Shown: positions 1 to 15,435 of the stretch, in pieces
Layout of the letters: each line of letters begins with the position of its first letter
Position numbering within the stretch: position 1 is the first letter of the stretch
NCBI RefSeq assembly: GCF_009914755.1
Contig: NC_060926.1
DNA length: 64,000 bases
Strand: one strand, 5' to 3'
Source of the DNA: the human T2T-CHM13v2.0 reference genome, Homo sapiens
Notes under the pieces: generated by a model
Told to the model about the DNA's origin: nothing
The model's database searches: none
Seen by the model: only the letters and a program-made list of their open reading frames with translations
Program-made: the position numbers and the translations under genes

Positions 1-41
1 GAGGGGGAGGGAGAGGGAGAGGGAGAGGGAGAGGGAGAGGG
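1..41 (-). repeat. (CCCTCT)n hexamer repeat, probable 5' end of an antisense SVA cut by the window edge
   Basis: (GGGAGA)n on + ending abruptly, followed by catttttcttt/aa, which resembles an L1 endonuclease target. The element body lies outside the window. Confidence 0.6.
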
Positions 42-2011
42 CATTTTTCTTTAAATGTAATTTTTTTCTTTAAATTCACCAGGGAAACCATCTGGATCTG
101 ATTTTTTCTTTATGAAAAGTTGTTTCTAATTCAGTCTCTTTACTTATGATAGGTATATTTAAAATTTTTATTTCTTCTTGAGTTAATACGTGTAGTTTGA
201 GTCTTTCTGGCAATTTGTCCATTTCATCTACATTATCTATCGGCATACATTTGTTCATAATGTTCCTTAACATCTCTTTTTTCCCCTTGTAACTTCAGTA
301 TTAATGTACCTTCTTTTATTCCTGGTTTTAATAACTTTTTACTCTTTTTTTGTTCTTTCTCAGTCTACCTAAAGGTTTATTAGTTTTTCTGATCTTCTCA
401 AAAAACTAACTTTCGGTTCTGTTGATTTTCTTTATTGTTTTTTAATTCTCTATTTTATACATTTCTGCACTAACTTTTCTTTCTTTGTGCTTTGGGTTTA
501 GATTTGTATAGTGTCTTCAGATAAAAGATTCTTTATATGAGATCTTTTCTTTTGTTATGCAGTCATTTGTAGCTATAAATTTTTCTCCAGTTTACCTGCA
601 TCCCATCAAATGTGATATGTTGTTATCTTCATTTTCATTTATATCGAAGTATTTTCTAATTTCTCTTGTGATTTCTTCTTTGACCCCTTGGTTATTTATG
701 AGTGTGCTATTTAATATCGACATATTTGTGAATTTTCCAAATTTCTTTCTGTTACTGATTTCTAGTTTGATTCCATTTGTTGTTGGAGAATATGTTGGGT
801 ATTATTTCAGTTCCTTTAAATTTACTGAGGTTTATTTCATGGCCTACCATATGGTTTATTGTGGAGAATATTGCATGTGCACTTGAGAAGAATGCCCATT
901 CTGCTATTGTTGGATGGAGTGTTCTGTCTGACCTGTCAGTCAGGTCTCGTTAGTTTATGGCATTGTTCCAAGTCTTTTATTTCCTTGCTGATCTCTGCCT
1001 TGTTGTTTAATATGTTATTGAAAGTTGAGTATGGGAGTCTCCAACCATTATTGAATTGTCTGTTTTATAGGTACATATATTTTTATGTTTGTATCTTCTG
1101 ATGGAACGACCTTTAGCGTTATAAAATTTCCCTCTTTGACTCTAGTAACATTTTTATTTTAAAACTTTGTGTGATATTAGTATAGCTGTTCCACCTTCCT
1201 TACGGTGTAACTTTTTAAATCCTTTACTTATTATATATTTGTATTTCTGAAAGAAAAGTGTGTCTTTCTTTAGCAGCATATACTTGCGTCTTATTTTTTT
1301 TTTTTACCAGTCTGACATCCCTGCCTTTTGATTGATTTTTGTTATGTCAGTTAATGTTATTATTGATATGGTTGGATTTATATTTGTACTATTTTACTTT
1401 TTGCTTTTTTTGTTTCTCTTTTCCTCCTTTATTGCTTTCTTTTACATTCAGTGCATATTTTCTTGTGTAACATTTCAATTCCTTTAATGGTTTTTTCAGT
1501 TTTCTTTTTTTTAACTAGTTGCTTTAGGACTTAACCAGATACATCTTAACTTATCAGAATACTTCAGGCTTATAATAACTTAATTACAGTGAGATATAGA
1601 AATGTTACTTTATATAGCTCAGTTTCCTCTTTCCCCTTCTTGTGCTATTATTCTTATATATACATATATTACAAACCCAAAAATATATTCTGTAAAATTA
1701 TTACTTTATATAATTTATGTAATTTTATGTCTAGTAAGCTGAGAGAAGAGAGGAGAGCAAGTATGTATATATAGAAATTGTATATTAGCCTTCTATTGAT
1801 CATTTCTGGTGCTTTTCATTTCTTTCTATAGATTCACGTTACCATCTGGTATCATTTCCATAGGCCAAAACAACTTTGATTCCACTATAATTATATACAT
1901 ATACATATATATGTATACATATAAAAAAATATATAGAGTATATATATACACACATATGGTTTTATACTATTTATACTATAATAAATCAGTTAAGAAAAAA
2001 AGGAGATACTC

Positions 2012-2012
<1 letters not shown>

Positions 2013-2073
<61 letters not shown>
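2013..2073. repeat. (CA)n(TA)n compound microsatellite
   Basis: Directly visible, abutting the Alu poly-T. Confidence 0.95.
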
Positions 2074-2370
<297 letters not shown>

Positions 2371-2835
2371 AGAGATACTCTGTTTTATAGTTACTCATTT
2401 ACCTGTACCAGTGCTCTTTGGTTTTTCATGTAAATTCATATCACTGTCTGGGGTCACTTTTTTTCAGCCTGAAGAACTTCCTTTGGTATTTCTTGTAAGG
2501 TGGATCTGCTGGCAACAAATACTCTCAGTATTCATTTATGTGGAAATGACTATCTTTATTTTGCCTTCGTCTTTTAAAGATGTGCTGAGTACAAGATTCT
2601 TGGTTAGTGTTTTTGCCTCTTTCAGTGCTTTGAATATGTCATCCAGGTGTCTTCTGGCTTCTGTTGTTTCTTATGGCAAGTCAGCTATTCATGTTTTTGG
2701 AGTTTCCTCGTACATGAGGAGTTGTCATTTTTTCTTTTGCTGCTTTCAAGATATTCTTTGTTTTTTGGGGGCATTTTTACTCTAATGCTTCTTGGTGTGG
2801 ATCGTTTTGCATTTATTGTACTTACAGTTCATTGA

Positions 2836-3217
<382 letters not shown>

Positions 3218-3307
3218 CACATCCACATTTCTTTAAATAATTTCTTCCGTTTCCTTCTCTCCTCTCCTTCTGGTACTGTCATTATACATACATTGGTGGG
3301 CTCTTAA

Positions 3308-3643
<336 letters not shown>

Positions 3644-4057
3644 TCTTCATTCTTTTTTCTCTGTATTATTTGGATTATATAAGCTGTTGATCTGCTTTCA
3701 AGTTTGCTGATTATCTTTTTTCAGTTCAGATCTACTGGTGAGCCCCTTAAATATATTTTTCATGACAGGTATTTTTGTGAAAAACCATTTGATTTTGTTT
3801 TATAATTTCTATCTCTTTATATTTTGTATCTGAGATATTGTCATCATACCTTTCATTACCTCTTTAAGCATGGTCTCCTTTAGTTCTGTGGATATATTTA
3901 TAATGACTGCTTTGAAGTATTGTTCAGTCTGACATGTAGGCCCTCTCACGAGCAGTTCCTGTTACCTGCTATTTTTCTTCTGTTTCTCTTATATGTTTCT
4001 GTTTCTTCTCCTGTGTTATGTTTTCGTTTAAACTTGACGTTTTACTTTATTTTATAT

Positions 4058-4347
4058 GTTTTTGAGATAGGGTGTTGCTTTGTCACCCAGGCTGAAGTGC
4101 AGTGGTTGTGATCATGGTTCACTGCAGCCTCAACCTCCCAGACTCAGTTGATCTTCCCCCTCAGCCTCCTGAGTAGCTGGGATTACAGGCACACAGAAAC
4201 ACATCTGGCTAATTTTGTACTGTTTTTGCAGAGATGGGGTTTCACCTTGTTGCCCAGGCTGATGTCGAACTCCTGGGCTCAAGCAATCCACCCACCTCAG
4301 CCATCCCAAAGTGTTGGGATTAGAGGTGTGAGCCACCGCATCCAAGC
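4058..4347 (-). mobile_element. AluJ element
   Basis: Diverged antisense Alu with J-type cactgcagcctcaacctcc and ctcctgggctcaagcaatcc. Confidence 0.9.
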
Positions 4348-5950
4348 AAACCGGACATTTTAGATTGTGTATTGTAACTATTGATAATATATTGACCCCT
4401 CCCTTCCAAGGCTTGTCGTTATTGTTTACTTGTTTTTCAGTGATTTGATTGAACTATTTTAGCCTCTGATATCTTCTCACAGTGCGCACAGCATTAGGCA
4501 TTCTCACAGTCACCCTGGGATGACAGTGGTTTATCAGGGCTCTGTTTGACTCCTCTGATTTCTGTTAGGTTAACTACCTCTGTCAGTTTCATATGCAGCT
4601 GTTAAGCTTCAATAATTATTGTCTAATTTCTACATTTTTTTCATCAGTATATAAATAGAGCATAAATTGTTCCACAGTCTTGATCCAGTTAAATCTAAGC
4701 CCCTTTGCAGGGATAGTTCTTGAGGCCAATCTTTGATGTTTGTTCTGACTCTAGGAGGGTTCTTACTTTATTTGTCTTACCTGCTTATCGTATTTCCCTG
4801 GTTATCTCTGGTAAACTAGCTGACGTATGTTGTTTTCAAGAGCACTCTTAGACTGGAACTTCTCTATACTCGCTACCAAATAAAGTCAGTTTCTTTGGGT
4901 AGAGTTTTAAAGTTTTCTGTTCTTGTGGCCTGTCTCCCTTTAACACAGCTTCTCCACTGCCCTGGAGCTGGGGTGGGGACAGTGTTCGGCTTCTCTTGGA
5001 GTGAAACTCCTGCCTTACAAGCAGGGCTCTTGTAGGGGCAGTGTCCTTTACTTGATTTGCCTCTCCCTACATGGAATTTCTGCCCTATGAGTAAGCTGAG
5101 GCAAGGGTGATTAGGGCTCAGTATTCTGGACCATCTGTGTCTGAGGTAGAGTCTTGCCCTGCAGGCTTTGGGTGGAGGAAGGTTGCTTTTGATTCTTTGA
5201 CATACCATTCTGGAATTTAAATTGTGATAATGTTGCTGGGAAGCATGAGAAGTGCTGGTGGTCTGCCTCTCCTATATCCCTTGACTAGGATCTGGGGAAG
5301 AAGGGATTTGCATCTTCCTGGCCATATTTTCCCAGAGTGGAACATTGGCCAGGGCAGAAGAAGGAGGGAGTGGGTTGTGGCTCAAGTGCCACAGGGTCTT
5401 GCTGATTTTACTGAGATTGAGTAGACTTTGTGGAATAAATGCTGTTTTCTTTGTTACTTTCTTTTAGGTGAATTCTCCAAGACTAAATTCTTGCTTTTTG
5501 TTTTTGTTTTATAATTTTCCCTAATAGTAGTTGTTATGCTCAGGAGCAGATCCATAGAGTTCCTTTCTGTACATTATTACTTGATTGATTTTTAAGCACT
5601 GAACCAGCCTTGCATCTGTGGTAAAACCCCATTTGGTCATGTGTATAATCCTTTTGAGATATTGCTCAGTTCCCTTGCTACTATTAATATTTTTTGAGGA
5701 TTTTTGCATCTGTGTTCATGAGAAACATTAGTCTGTAGTTTTCTCTTTTATACTGTCTTTTTCTGTTTAAGTATCAGGCCAATGCTGGTTTCATAGAGCA
5801 ATTTGGGAAGTTCCATCCTCTACTGTTTTCTGGAGGAAGATTGTGTAGAATTATTCTTAATTCTCATCTAAATGATTTGTATTTTTTAGACTTCTCCAGT
5901 GAAATCAGGCCCAGGAGATTTGTTTTTGGGGAGGTTTGCTTTGAAACTGT

Positions 5951-6676
5951 TGTTACCGGTGGAAGGTGTCCCGAGTTACCGGCAGTGAATCCTTACAGGT
6001 CTGCAGCAACCTTAATTCTTGCCTCCTTATAAGAAAGAATTCCACTGAGGGTCATATGGTAGAAAAAGAGACTGAGGCAAGTTTCAGCAGGAGTGGAAGT
6101 TTATTAAAAAGCTTTAGAACAGGAAAGAAAGGAAAGTGCACTTGGAAGAGACCCAAGTGGGCACCAAGAAGGTCAAGTGCCACGTTTAACTGTGATCCTA
6201 GGACTTTATAGGACTTCTGGCATCTTGGAACCCTTCCCCATGATTCTTTCCTTACGGTGGGCTGTCCATATGCACAGTGCCCTTCTTACCCTTTGGAAGT
6301 GAGCACATGCAGTGGATTTAGGAAGTTTTATACATGCCCATCTGAGGCTTTCTTCCCTTTTCCAGTGGTGTGCCCTCGGAAAGCCAGGCTCTGCTATTTT
6401 GTCTCTTAATGCACATGCCTGGGTTCCCTCACCCAACACCTGAGATTTTATTGGATGCCCTTTTTACTTCTCCCTGGGGCCTGCATTCAATTAACACTTT
6501 ATAATGTTAACAGCTGTAGATTATCAGGAGATTGTCTGTCCCTGCCTCCGGCTGCTGAATTATCTTTAGAGAGGCAATGCAATAATTGTGGAACCATCAC
6601 CTGATCACCTGACATTCCTGGTGGATGGGGAGAGCCCTCTCCTGCCTGGCTTATGCCTGCCTAACTACCTGTAACA
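5951..6676 (-). mobile_element. ERV1 solo LTR, MER50-like
   Basis: tgttac...gtaaca termini, 726 bp. Minus-strand AATAAA (tttatt ~6100). Flanks ctgt/ctat are a 4-bp TSD with one mismatch. Minus-strand start tgttacaggtagttaggcaggcat matches my recollection of MER50. Confidence 0.8.
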
Positions 6677-6871
6677 CTATGATTTCAATTTTAAAATTAT
6701 TGTGTGTCTTTTAAAATGATCTATTTCATATTAGGTGAATTTTAGTAGGTTTTGGTCTGTGAGGAATTTGTCTGTTTCATCCAAGTTCTCAAATTTATGC
6801 TTAATAGATTCCTTTCTCCTATTTTGTTACCTTGTAAATGTTTTTGGAGTGTGTAGTTACATCCTCAGCTT

Positions 6872-7244
6872 TGTTGGGACAACTAAATTCCTCTTCAAAG
6901 ACTCAACTTCCTGGTCATAAGTTGTAAATCAACCCTACCTCCTTCTTTTTTCCGCTTCTCCTTTTCTTGCAGATTGCGCGTTTACCCTATTTGGGAAAAA
7001 AAATTAGGTCTAAGCCAACGGGGATCAGCTTAGGTTGTGCGGTCTGACCCCAGCCAACAGGGGAAGGACACAGAAACAGGAGCTGTGTTAGGGTTAAAAA
7101 CCCCTTCCTTCCTTTGTTCAGTGTGCTCTTGCAGTTGTAACAGGTGCAGGCAACACCCTTCCACCAAAGTAAAAGTGCCTTGCTGAGAAATTTTCTGTTT
7201 AGGTGCGGGTTTCTTTTGGCTACGCCAAGCACTTGTTTCTGACA
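6872..7244 (+). mobile_element. ERV1 solo LTR, MER48/LTR21-like
   Basis: TG...CA termini with perfect 4-bp TSD gctt (6868-6871, 7245-7248). TATA-like gttaaaaa and AGTAAA polyA variant on +. Subfamily tentative. Confidence 0.78.
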
Positions 7245-7590
7245 GCTTCAATTCTGTAAAGGTTGATTTGTGTCTTTTTTTCCCCTTTTTATTTTAGTCT
7301 TGTTTGAGGTTTGTTAATTTCATTGATCTTTTCAAATTGACCAGATTTTTGTTTTACCAATTTTGTCTATTTTTTGTTTTCAAATACTTAGATTTCTGCT
7401 CTTTCCTGTATTCCCTAATTTTGGTTTATTTTCTCTTTTTCTAATTTTCTTTAGGTAGGAGCTTAGACTTGATTTGAGACCTTCCCTTTTTTTAATGTAA
7501 CATTTAGGTTTATAAATTTTCCTCTCAGCTCTGCTTTGGCCTTATTCCACAAGTTTTGATATGTTGAGTTTTCTTTCAGTTCAGTGGTTT

Positions 7591-7621
<31 letters not shown>

Positions 7622-9199
7622 CTCCAGAGTCCTCTTTGTCCTGTGGGTTATTTAGAAGTTGTTTAATTTCCAAATTTTTCCTATCTTTCTCTCACTGTGT
7701 TCTATTTTGATTTCATTATAGTCACAGAACACACTATGTGATTTCAGTTATTCTGAATTTAGTAAGGTTTGTTTTATGACCCAGGATATAGCCTGTCTTG
7801 TGAATGTTGATGGATGCTTGAAGAGAACATATATTCTGCTGTTGTCGAGTAGAGTGCCCTAGAAATGTCAGTCAATCCTATTAGTTAATATGTTGTTGGG
7901 TTCTTTTATATCCATGCTGATTTTCTTTTTTACATCTTTGCTGATTAATCTAGCAATTGCTGAGAGAGGGATGTTGACATCCCTAGTTATATGTGTCCCT
8001 TTTCTATGGCTTAAGTTGTTTTCTGCCATTTTATTACTAGTTTTATGACTTTATTATTTGTTTCCTTATTTTCTGTTTGTTCTGCTTTTCAATTCTGTTT
8101 TACTTTTTCTGCTCTTCTTAGATTTGTGGCATTTTCTAGAATTTCATTTTTGTTTTTATAGTGTCTTTGAGAGTAGTGTCTTTGAGTGTCTTTGGATAGC
8201 TTTTTTAGGTGATTCTTGCTATTATAATGTACATTAAAAATTTTTTATGCTATATCATTAACAACATTTTACCGCTTTGAGTACATATAAAAACCTTATC
8301 TACTTTTAGAGACCTTTGCCTTCCCCCTTTATAATATAATTATAATAGTATTGTGTTTTCCCCAATATAATATAACTGTGTTTAAGTATTTTTCTATATA
8401 CATTAGGAGCACATCAAATAGGTATAATTTTTGCTTTAGCCTTTAAACATTTATTCTTAAAGAGAAGAATAGGCTTTTTTATTTACTTCCATTTCTCCCA
8501 TTTCATTACTCTTTCTTCTTTTCTGTTGTTCCAAGTTTCTTCATGTTACTTACTTTCTGGTTGGAGAACTTCTGATAGGGCTCTGATGACTAGAGGAACA
8601 CCAGGGTCCTTTGTCTCAGACCGATTAGATAAACAACACGGACACATGTGGCATGGTTTCAAGGTTTCAGTGAGTGGAAAGTTTAATAAGAAAGAAGGAA
8701 AAGGCTCCCCCATAGAGAGACAGAGGGAGCGGGGCTCTGAACGAAGAGGAAAACCCTGAGTGCACCAGAAAACAGTCTGTTATATTAGGAGGCTGGAGGA
8801 GGCGGTGTCTGATTTGCATAGGGCTCAGGGCATTGGTTTGACCAAGTGTGTCATTCACATAGTCTGTGAAAAACCTGGCTCTCCCACCCTGGCCTTTTAA
8901 TATGCAAATGCAGGTCTCCATGATGTCCTGCACACGCGGAGTCATCTGGAGGCAGCCATGACACTTGGCACACATGGTGATGAGGAGGAGACGGAGGAAT
9001 TACCATGCTGAATGGACCCAGTTTCTAATCACCAGCATTTGCATATCAAAGCTTGCTGGCCTGGCTTTTTAAGCTGCTTTTCTATTAGAAAAGAAATGTT
9101 TGAGGAGCTACCTTTATTAAAAGAAAAAAACCTTACTGAGGACTCCTTACCCTATCTGCGTAAAATAATTTCTTAATAACTCCCGTAATATTCCCCCCT

Positions 9200-11400
9200 G
9201 AGGAGATGTCACCTTAACTGCTGTTAGAGAGTTTTGGGTGACGACTCTTTCTGGCCACTTCCTGCTGAAAAGGGGCGTCAAGTGGGGAAGAGCAGCTAGG
9301 GTTCCTCTTGGAGTCGATCTAAGGGTCCTTGGAAGAATGGCCTGCCCATGCATGGTTCGTTTTGCAGCACCATTTGGAGTTTGATTGCTTCTAGGCAAGA
9401 GAAAACAATTTGAGTTATAGTATTGAGTATACAAGGTGCAAATATGAATACAAGATGTGTAAGCAAGAGGGGGCTTAATAAAAGAGCTAACCAATTCCGT
9501 AAAGATGATTGGAATTCATTAAAGAGGGATTATGGCCACCCGGGCTGAAGCCTGCGTTGTTTCTTAGCCTGTCAATTATTTTGATTTGATCTTTAAGTAC
9601 CTGTATGTTTTCTTCTACTTGACTAGAGGTGTTAATCCAGAAACAGCGTGTTTCATTTAAAAGTGCACAGGTACCTCCTACTTCAGCTATGAGGACACCT
9701 AAGGCCTGTCTATTTTGTGCTACTACTGAGGTTTTTAGTCTGTAGATTGCTGTTGTGCCTCTATGACACTTAGAGTTGCTTTCCATCCTTGTTGTATCAT
9801 AATGGAAATATTAAGTACTGATCTTTCAAGGAGAGGGGTGCCCATAAACCAGAATAGACCTCTGTCTATAGAATTTCTCATCCATGGTTTTTCTAAGATG
9901 ATGTTTTCACGTGCATGTCCTCCCCAGTCTACCCTTTCAGTTAAATCTCCATACAAGGGCATAGAAATGATAGATCTCTTTGTCCAGCATATACAAGATA
10001 ATGCAGTTTCCAGAAAAGACCCTAAGTTAGGGATGTCCCCAGATGATGCTGCTGTCTCGGTAGAATTTAAAAATAACAAGTTGGGAACTATTGCTACTAT
10101 AGTACAAGTTCCCTTACAAGGCCTTGGGAGGATTAAGTTTATCCAGGAGCCGCAAAGAAAATATAGCCCTGTTCCTTGAAGGGACGGTTCTAAGTTGTGG
10201 CTTGTGAGAGACACCGGCAGATTTTTCTCATATCTTAGAAGTTTCCCTTCTTTACATATAATAGGGGCATCCTTGGGATAAGGATATCCGTCTTTAGGAT
10301 AGTCATTTACGATGCCGTTTGGAATTTGACATGCCAAGTGAAAAGGATCCACCTGACAAGTGGAGTTTGGAAAAATCAGAGACGTAATATGCCCTGGCCA
10401 GTATCTCAGATGATCCTGTGGCAAGGGCTGTCAGTCCAGATGTCTCCAGTTCCCCCACAGATCTGTAAGCTGCTACTATGAGCAAGCATCATACAAGGGT
10501 CTGGAATTCCATGGGGGAATGTTTGGAAAGGCTCATGTGTTATTTTATTTATTATTATTTTTTTTTGAGACAGACTCTGTCTTTGTTGCCCAGGCTGGAG
10601 TGCAGTGGCGCGATCTCAGCTTACTGCAAAGCTCCGCCTCCTGGGTTCACACCATTCTCCTGCCTCAGCCTCCCAAGTAGCTAGGACTACAGGCACCCGC
10701 CACCGCACCCAGCTAATTTTTTGTATTTTTAGTGGAGACGGGGTTTTACTGTGTTAGCCAGGATGGTCTCGATCTCCTGACCTTGTGATCTGCCCACCTC
10801 AGCCTCCCAAAGTGCTGGTATTACAGGCATGAGCCACCGCGCCCAGCCTATGTAATTCTTTACATTATAGTCAACATGGTGACTTAGAGCATATCACTCC
10901 CATCGGGACTTTCAACCAGAAGGAGAGGCTAGATTCTGAAAGCCCCCCATTAGGGCTTCTCATCCTTTTAGATCGCTCCTGTTGCGTTTTCCTCCCCACA
11001 TCTTTGAACTATCAGCAGTTACAAGTGTGATGTTACAGTATCTGAGATCTCCCAAGTATGGTCCTTCCCTACTGCTTTTAAAGCAGAGGGAGCCATTTGC
11101 TATTACCCGATCAACTTTTACCAGCCTGAGGGTGTGAAATTTATCTTTGGGGAGAATGTTGTTTGGCACTGGGGGAAGAGTGTTCTCCTGAGAGGAGTTA
11201 GTTACCCAGTTAAAAGTGCCCCCATACTATGTCCCATTTATGCCTCATAAATCTTTAAGGGTTAAAGGTAAAGCTAACAAAGGGAATCCTACGATGATGA
11301 GTTGTGGGTCATTGAAGGGTTCCTTAGTGTCATTAAACTGAGCAAACCACTTAGGACAGACCCAACAATTAGTCTTGTTGTCCAAATGGGCCATGGCTGA
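9200..11400 (-). pseudogene. Gamma-type ERV env pseudogene (frameshifts, stops, AluY insertion)
   Basis: Minus ORFs give SU motif NKTNCWVC (11245..11481), GLYFLCG and degenerate furin site WTKR (9735..10424), and ISD VVAQNRQALGVLIAEVGGTC plus broken CX6CC CALLNETRC (9487..9786). Confidence 0.92.
10541..10847 (-). mobile_element. AluY inserted in ERV env
   Basis: Full antisense Alu with AluY diagnostics. Confidence 0.93.
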
Positions 11401-11834
11401 TACTGCAGGAGCCAAAGGATGTGACATATTACTAAGTCTGATAAGAAGTCTTAACAGACTTATTGGTAGTAAAACGCTCATGTTTACTTCCTGTTAGTAA
11501 CTGTTATTCATACTAGGAGGATAATAATTAAGCAAAGTGCTACAGTAATTGAGATTCTCTGTCCAATATTGTACCCTGAGGGTGCTACAGTCTATAATCC
11601 TACTGCAAATAGTAGAATGTAGCAATTCCTGCAGGTGTGGCATGGTAAATAACTTCCATCAAAAAGAAATTCTAATATTTGGCAATGAATCTTGAAAGGA
11701 GAGGTAGACACGGCAAAAAGTATTTGGTGAGGTAGGGGTGAGACTGAGTAAAATGAGTAGTTCTTACTCAGTTACTTATCTTTTGTGACTTTCAGCTTAA
11801 GATCTCCTATTTCTTTTTTACTTATATTTTTAAA

Positions 11835-12314
<480 letters not shown>

Positions 12315-12582
12315 TTACTAAAAGAAAAAAAAAAAAAACCTTACCGAGGACTCCTTACCCTAACTGCCTAAAATAATTTCTTAATAACTCCTGTAATATT
12401 TCCTAGAGCATTATTTTAGGAAAATGATCTGTTGGTGATAATTTCCTTAAATTTTTCTGAGAATATTATCATTTACTCTTCATTCCTATTGAGTATTTTC
12501 TGTTGACATAGAATTCTGGATTGGCAGGCTTGGGTTTTGTTTGTTTGTTTGTTTAGCACTTGAAGTTTTTTTGTACATTTCC

Positions 12583-12993
12583 TGATATGGTTTGGATGTT
12601 TGTCCCCTCCAAATCTCATGCTGAAATGTGATTCCCAGTGTTGGAGGTAGAGCCCAGTAGAAGGCAATTAGATCATGGGAGCAGATCCCTCATAAATGGC
12701 TTGTGACCAAGCCCTTGGTGATATGCGAGTTCTTGCTCAGTTAACCTGAAATCTGGTTGATTCTGGGACCTCCCACACTGGCTCTTTTACTCCTGCTCTT
12801 GCCGTGTGATGTGCCTGCTTCCACTTTGCCTTCTGCCATGATTGTAAGCTTCCCGAGGCCCTCAACAGAAGCTGAACAGATATCTGTGCTGTGTATACAG
12901 GCTGCAGAACCATGAGCCAATTAAACTCCTTTTCTTTATAAATTACCCAGTCTCAGATATTTATTTACAGTGATGCAAGAACAGCCTAACACA
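12583..12993 (+). mobile_element. MaLR solo LTR (MSTB-type)
   Basis: tgatatggtttggatgtttgtcccctccaaatctcatg...ctaacaca with perfect 5-bp TSD tttcc. Confidence 0.9.
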
Positions 12994-13401
12994 TTTCCTT
13001 TTGGCCTTCTTGGTTGCAGATGAGAAATTCATTCTAATTTGAATTGTCATTGCCTGTTGGTAATTTCTTTTTTTAAGTTGCTTTCAAGATGTTTACTTTG
13101 TGTTTAGTTTTTAGTATTTTGATTATGATGTGTTATAAGGTAGATTTATTTTGATTCATTTTGTTTGGGGTTCACTTGGATTCTTGAATCTGTATTTTTG
13201 TTTTTGCCAAATTTGTAAAAATTTTATTTTACAAACAAAATACTCAAATGTTTTATTATTTTATCATCCTAGAAACTCTTCCTCATCTCTTAAATACTGG
13301 AGTGAAATGAATGTCACCTCATTTTTTTCTTGTCCCACAGGTTGCTGACAGTCTGGTTGTTGTCATCTTTTTATTTTTTCAGTCTGTTTTTTCTGTTGTT
13401 C

Positions 13402-13678
13402 TTTTTTTTTTGAGATGGAGTCTCGCTCTGTTGCCCAGGCTGGAGTGCAGTGGTGCCATCTCTGCCTCCCAGGTTCAAGCGGTTCTCCTGCCTCAGCCTC
13501 CCGGGTAGCTGGGACTACAGGCACGTGCCACCATGCCCGGCTAATTTTTTATATTTTTTTAGTAGAGACAAGGTTTCACCATATTAGCCAGGATGATCTT
13601 GATCTCCTGACCTCGTAATCTGCCCACCTCAGCCTCCCAAAGTGCTGGGATTACAGGTGTGAGCCACCGCACCCGGCC
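13402..13678 (-). mobile_element. AluS element with small internal deletion
   Basis: Antisense Alu lacking about 17 bp (cggctcactgcaacc) in the right arm. Confidence 0.92.
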
Positions 13679-15435
13679 CTTTTCTGTGTTGTTCTTATTG
13701 AGTAATTTCTATTGCTTTTTCTTCAGGTTCATTGATTATTTTTTTTCTTTCTTATCTTTATTCTTTTGTTGAGCCCATCTAGTCAGTTTTTATTTGTTAT
13801 TGTATTTTTCAGTTATATAATTTGCATTTGGTTCTTTTATATCTTCTATTACTTTGCTGAAATAATCTTTGTTTTTTTCTAATTTCTTTTCAACAGCATT
13901 CATAATGGTTGCTTCCATTGAAACATTTTTTTCTGATGACTGCTTCCAAATCTTTGTCAGATAATTCCAATATCTGATTCCTTTCGGTGTTGACATCTGT
14001 TGATTGTGTTTTCTTATTCTAGTTGGGATTTTCCTAGCTCTTGCTATAATAAATGATTTTAGGTAGTATCTCAGACATTTGAGACATTTTGTTACGAGAC
14101 TTTGGATCGCATTTAATTGGCTTTGTAGTAGGGAGTCACCTTGGTAGCATACAGGTCTTGGCTTACTTTTTAAATTTTGGTCAGTTTTACATGTAGTCAG
14201 TTCGTTGTTAAGTGTCCTATCCAGGATTACATTTCAAGATTTAACTATCCCTTTTTCCATCTACCTTGTCTCCTGAATCTTCTTCCTCCTGTCTGTTTGG
14301 GAGACACCACTTGCTACAGCTATGTGATGATAGCAGTGGAAGTCCAGGCTTCCTCTTCAGCTTCTCCTAGTACCAACTCAATAGGGGAAGCCGAACACCT
14401 CCTGCTACCAATAAGCCTAAGTGAAAGTTCAGGATATGTTTTCTGCTTCTGCTTAACACCACCCTAGAGGAGATATTATGAAGTACTACTCGGTACTGTT
14501 TGGAAGTGGGTATAAGTTCAGGCTTTTCACTTGCTGCCTGCTCAAACCAGGTGGCACATGAAACTAGGCTTCTTATTTGATTTCCGTGGACACTAGTAGA
14601 GAAGGGCTCAGTTTTTTTCCCATTGAGTTTGGCATTGTCAGGTTTCTGTCCTACCACGTACCCTTATCTGGTCCTTTTCCTAGAGAAAGCAGGCTTTTCT
14701 TGGGCTCTTTCATCAGCACCTATTAGCATTTCTGGGTAACAGAATTCTACAGTACCCAGTCTGTGATATATAGGAAGTGAAAAGAAAATGCAAGGTCTAG
14801 AGTCCAGAAATAAATCCATACATTTAGTGGAAGAAAGCATAGTTTCTTCAACCAAAGGTACATTGGATTCACCTTAGTAGCTTTTAAAAAAGATTAATGC
14901 TTGCTCTCTTCCCCAGACAAATATAATCAGAATGAGAGACAGGTCAGGGAGGTAGACTGTATCAGTATATAAAACATTTGCAGGCGATTTAAATGGGGGC
15001 CAACATTGAGAAGCTCTGTTTGAAGCACATACTTCCCATCATTGATGAGTTTTTTCAGATAGCCATTTGACCCAATTCTGGCCAATAAGAGTCTTTGTAA
15101 GGTAACTTTTACAAGGAAGCTTGTTCTTTTAAACATTGTCACATGGATATGAACCTTGGAATTGCTGTGAGCATCTTGCTAAAGGCTCACGAATATAGCC
15201 AACACTTGGAATGCAGATGAGAAAGATGGAAAGAAACCTAGTCTTAATGTCCCTCATCTGCCAAATTAGCTTGCGCTGGAGTCTTTTGTGCCTCTGTACT
15301 TTCCATTATATGAAAAAAAAATGTCCTTAGTGTTTCATCCATAAGTTTGAATTCTGACTGGTACCTGGAAGCTTCTAAACTGCTATAGCTAATGAGAAGA
15401 AAAACTAGTGGTAAAATATATTGCTATTCTCTACC

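Noticed and set aside
9763-10179. 138-aa + strand ORF
   Set aside because: Antisense shadow of the env frame.
9735-10424. 229-aa env ORF as a domesticated syncytin-like gene
   Set aside because: No signal peptide in frame, an AluY interrupts SU, there is a frameshift before the ISD, the furin and CX6CC motifs are mutated, and the 5' LTR promoter is mostly deleted.
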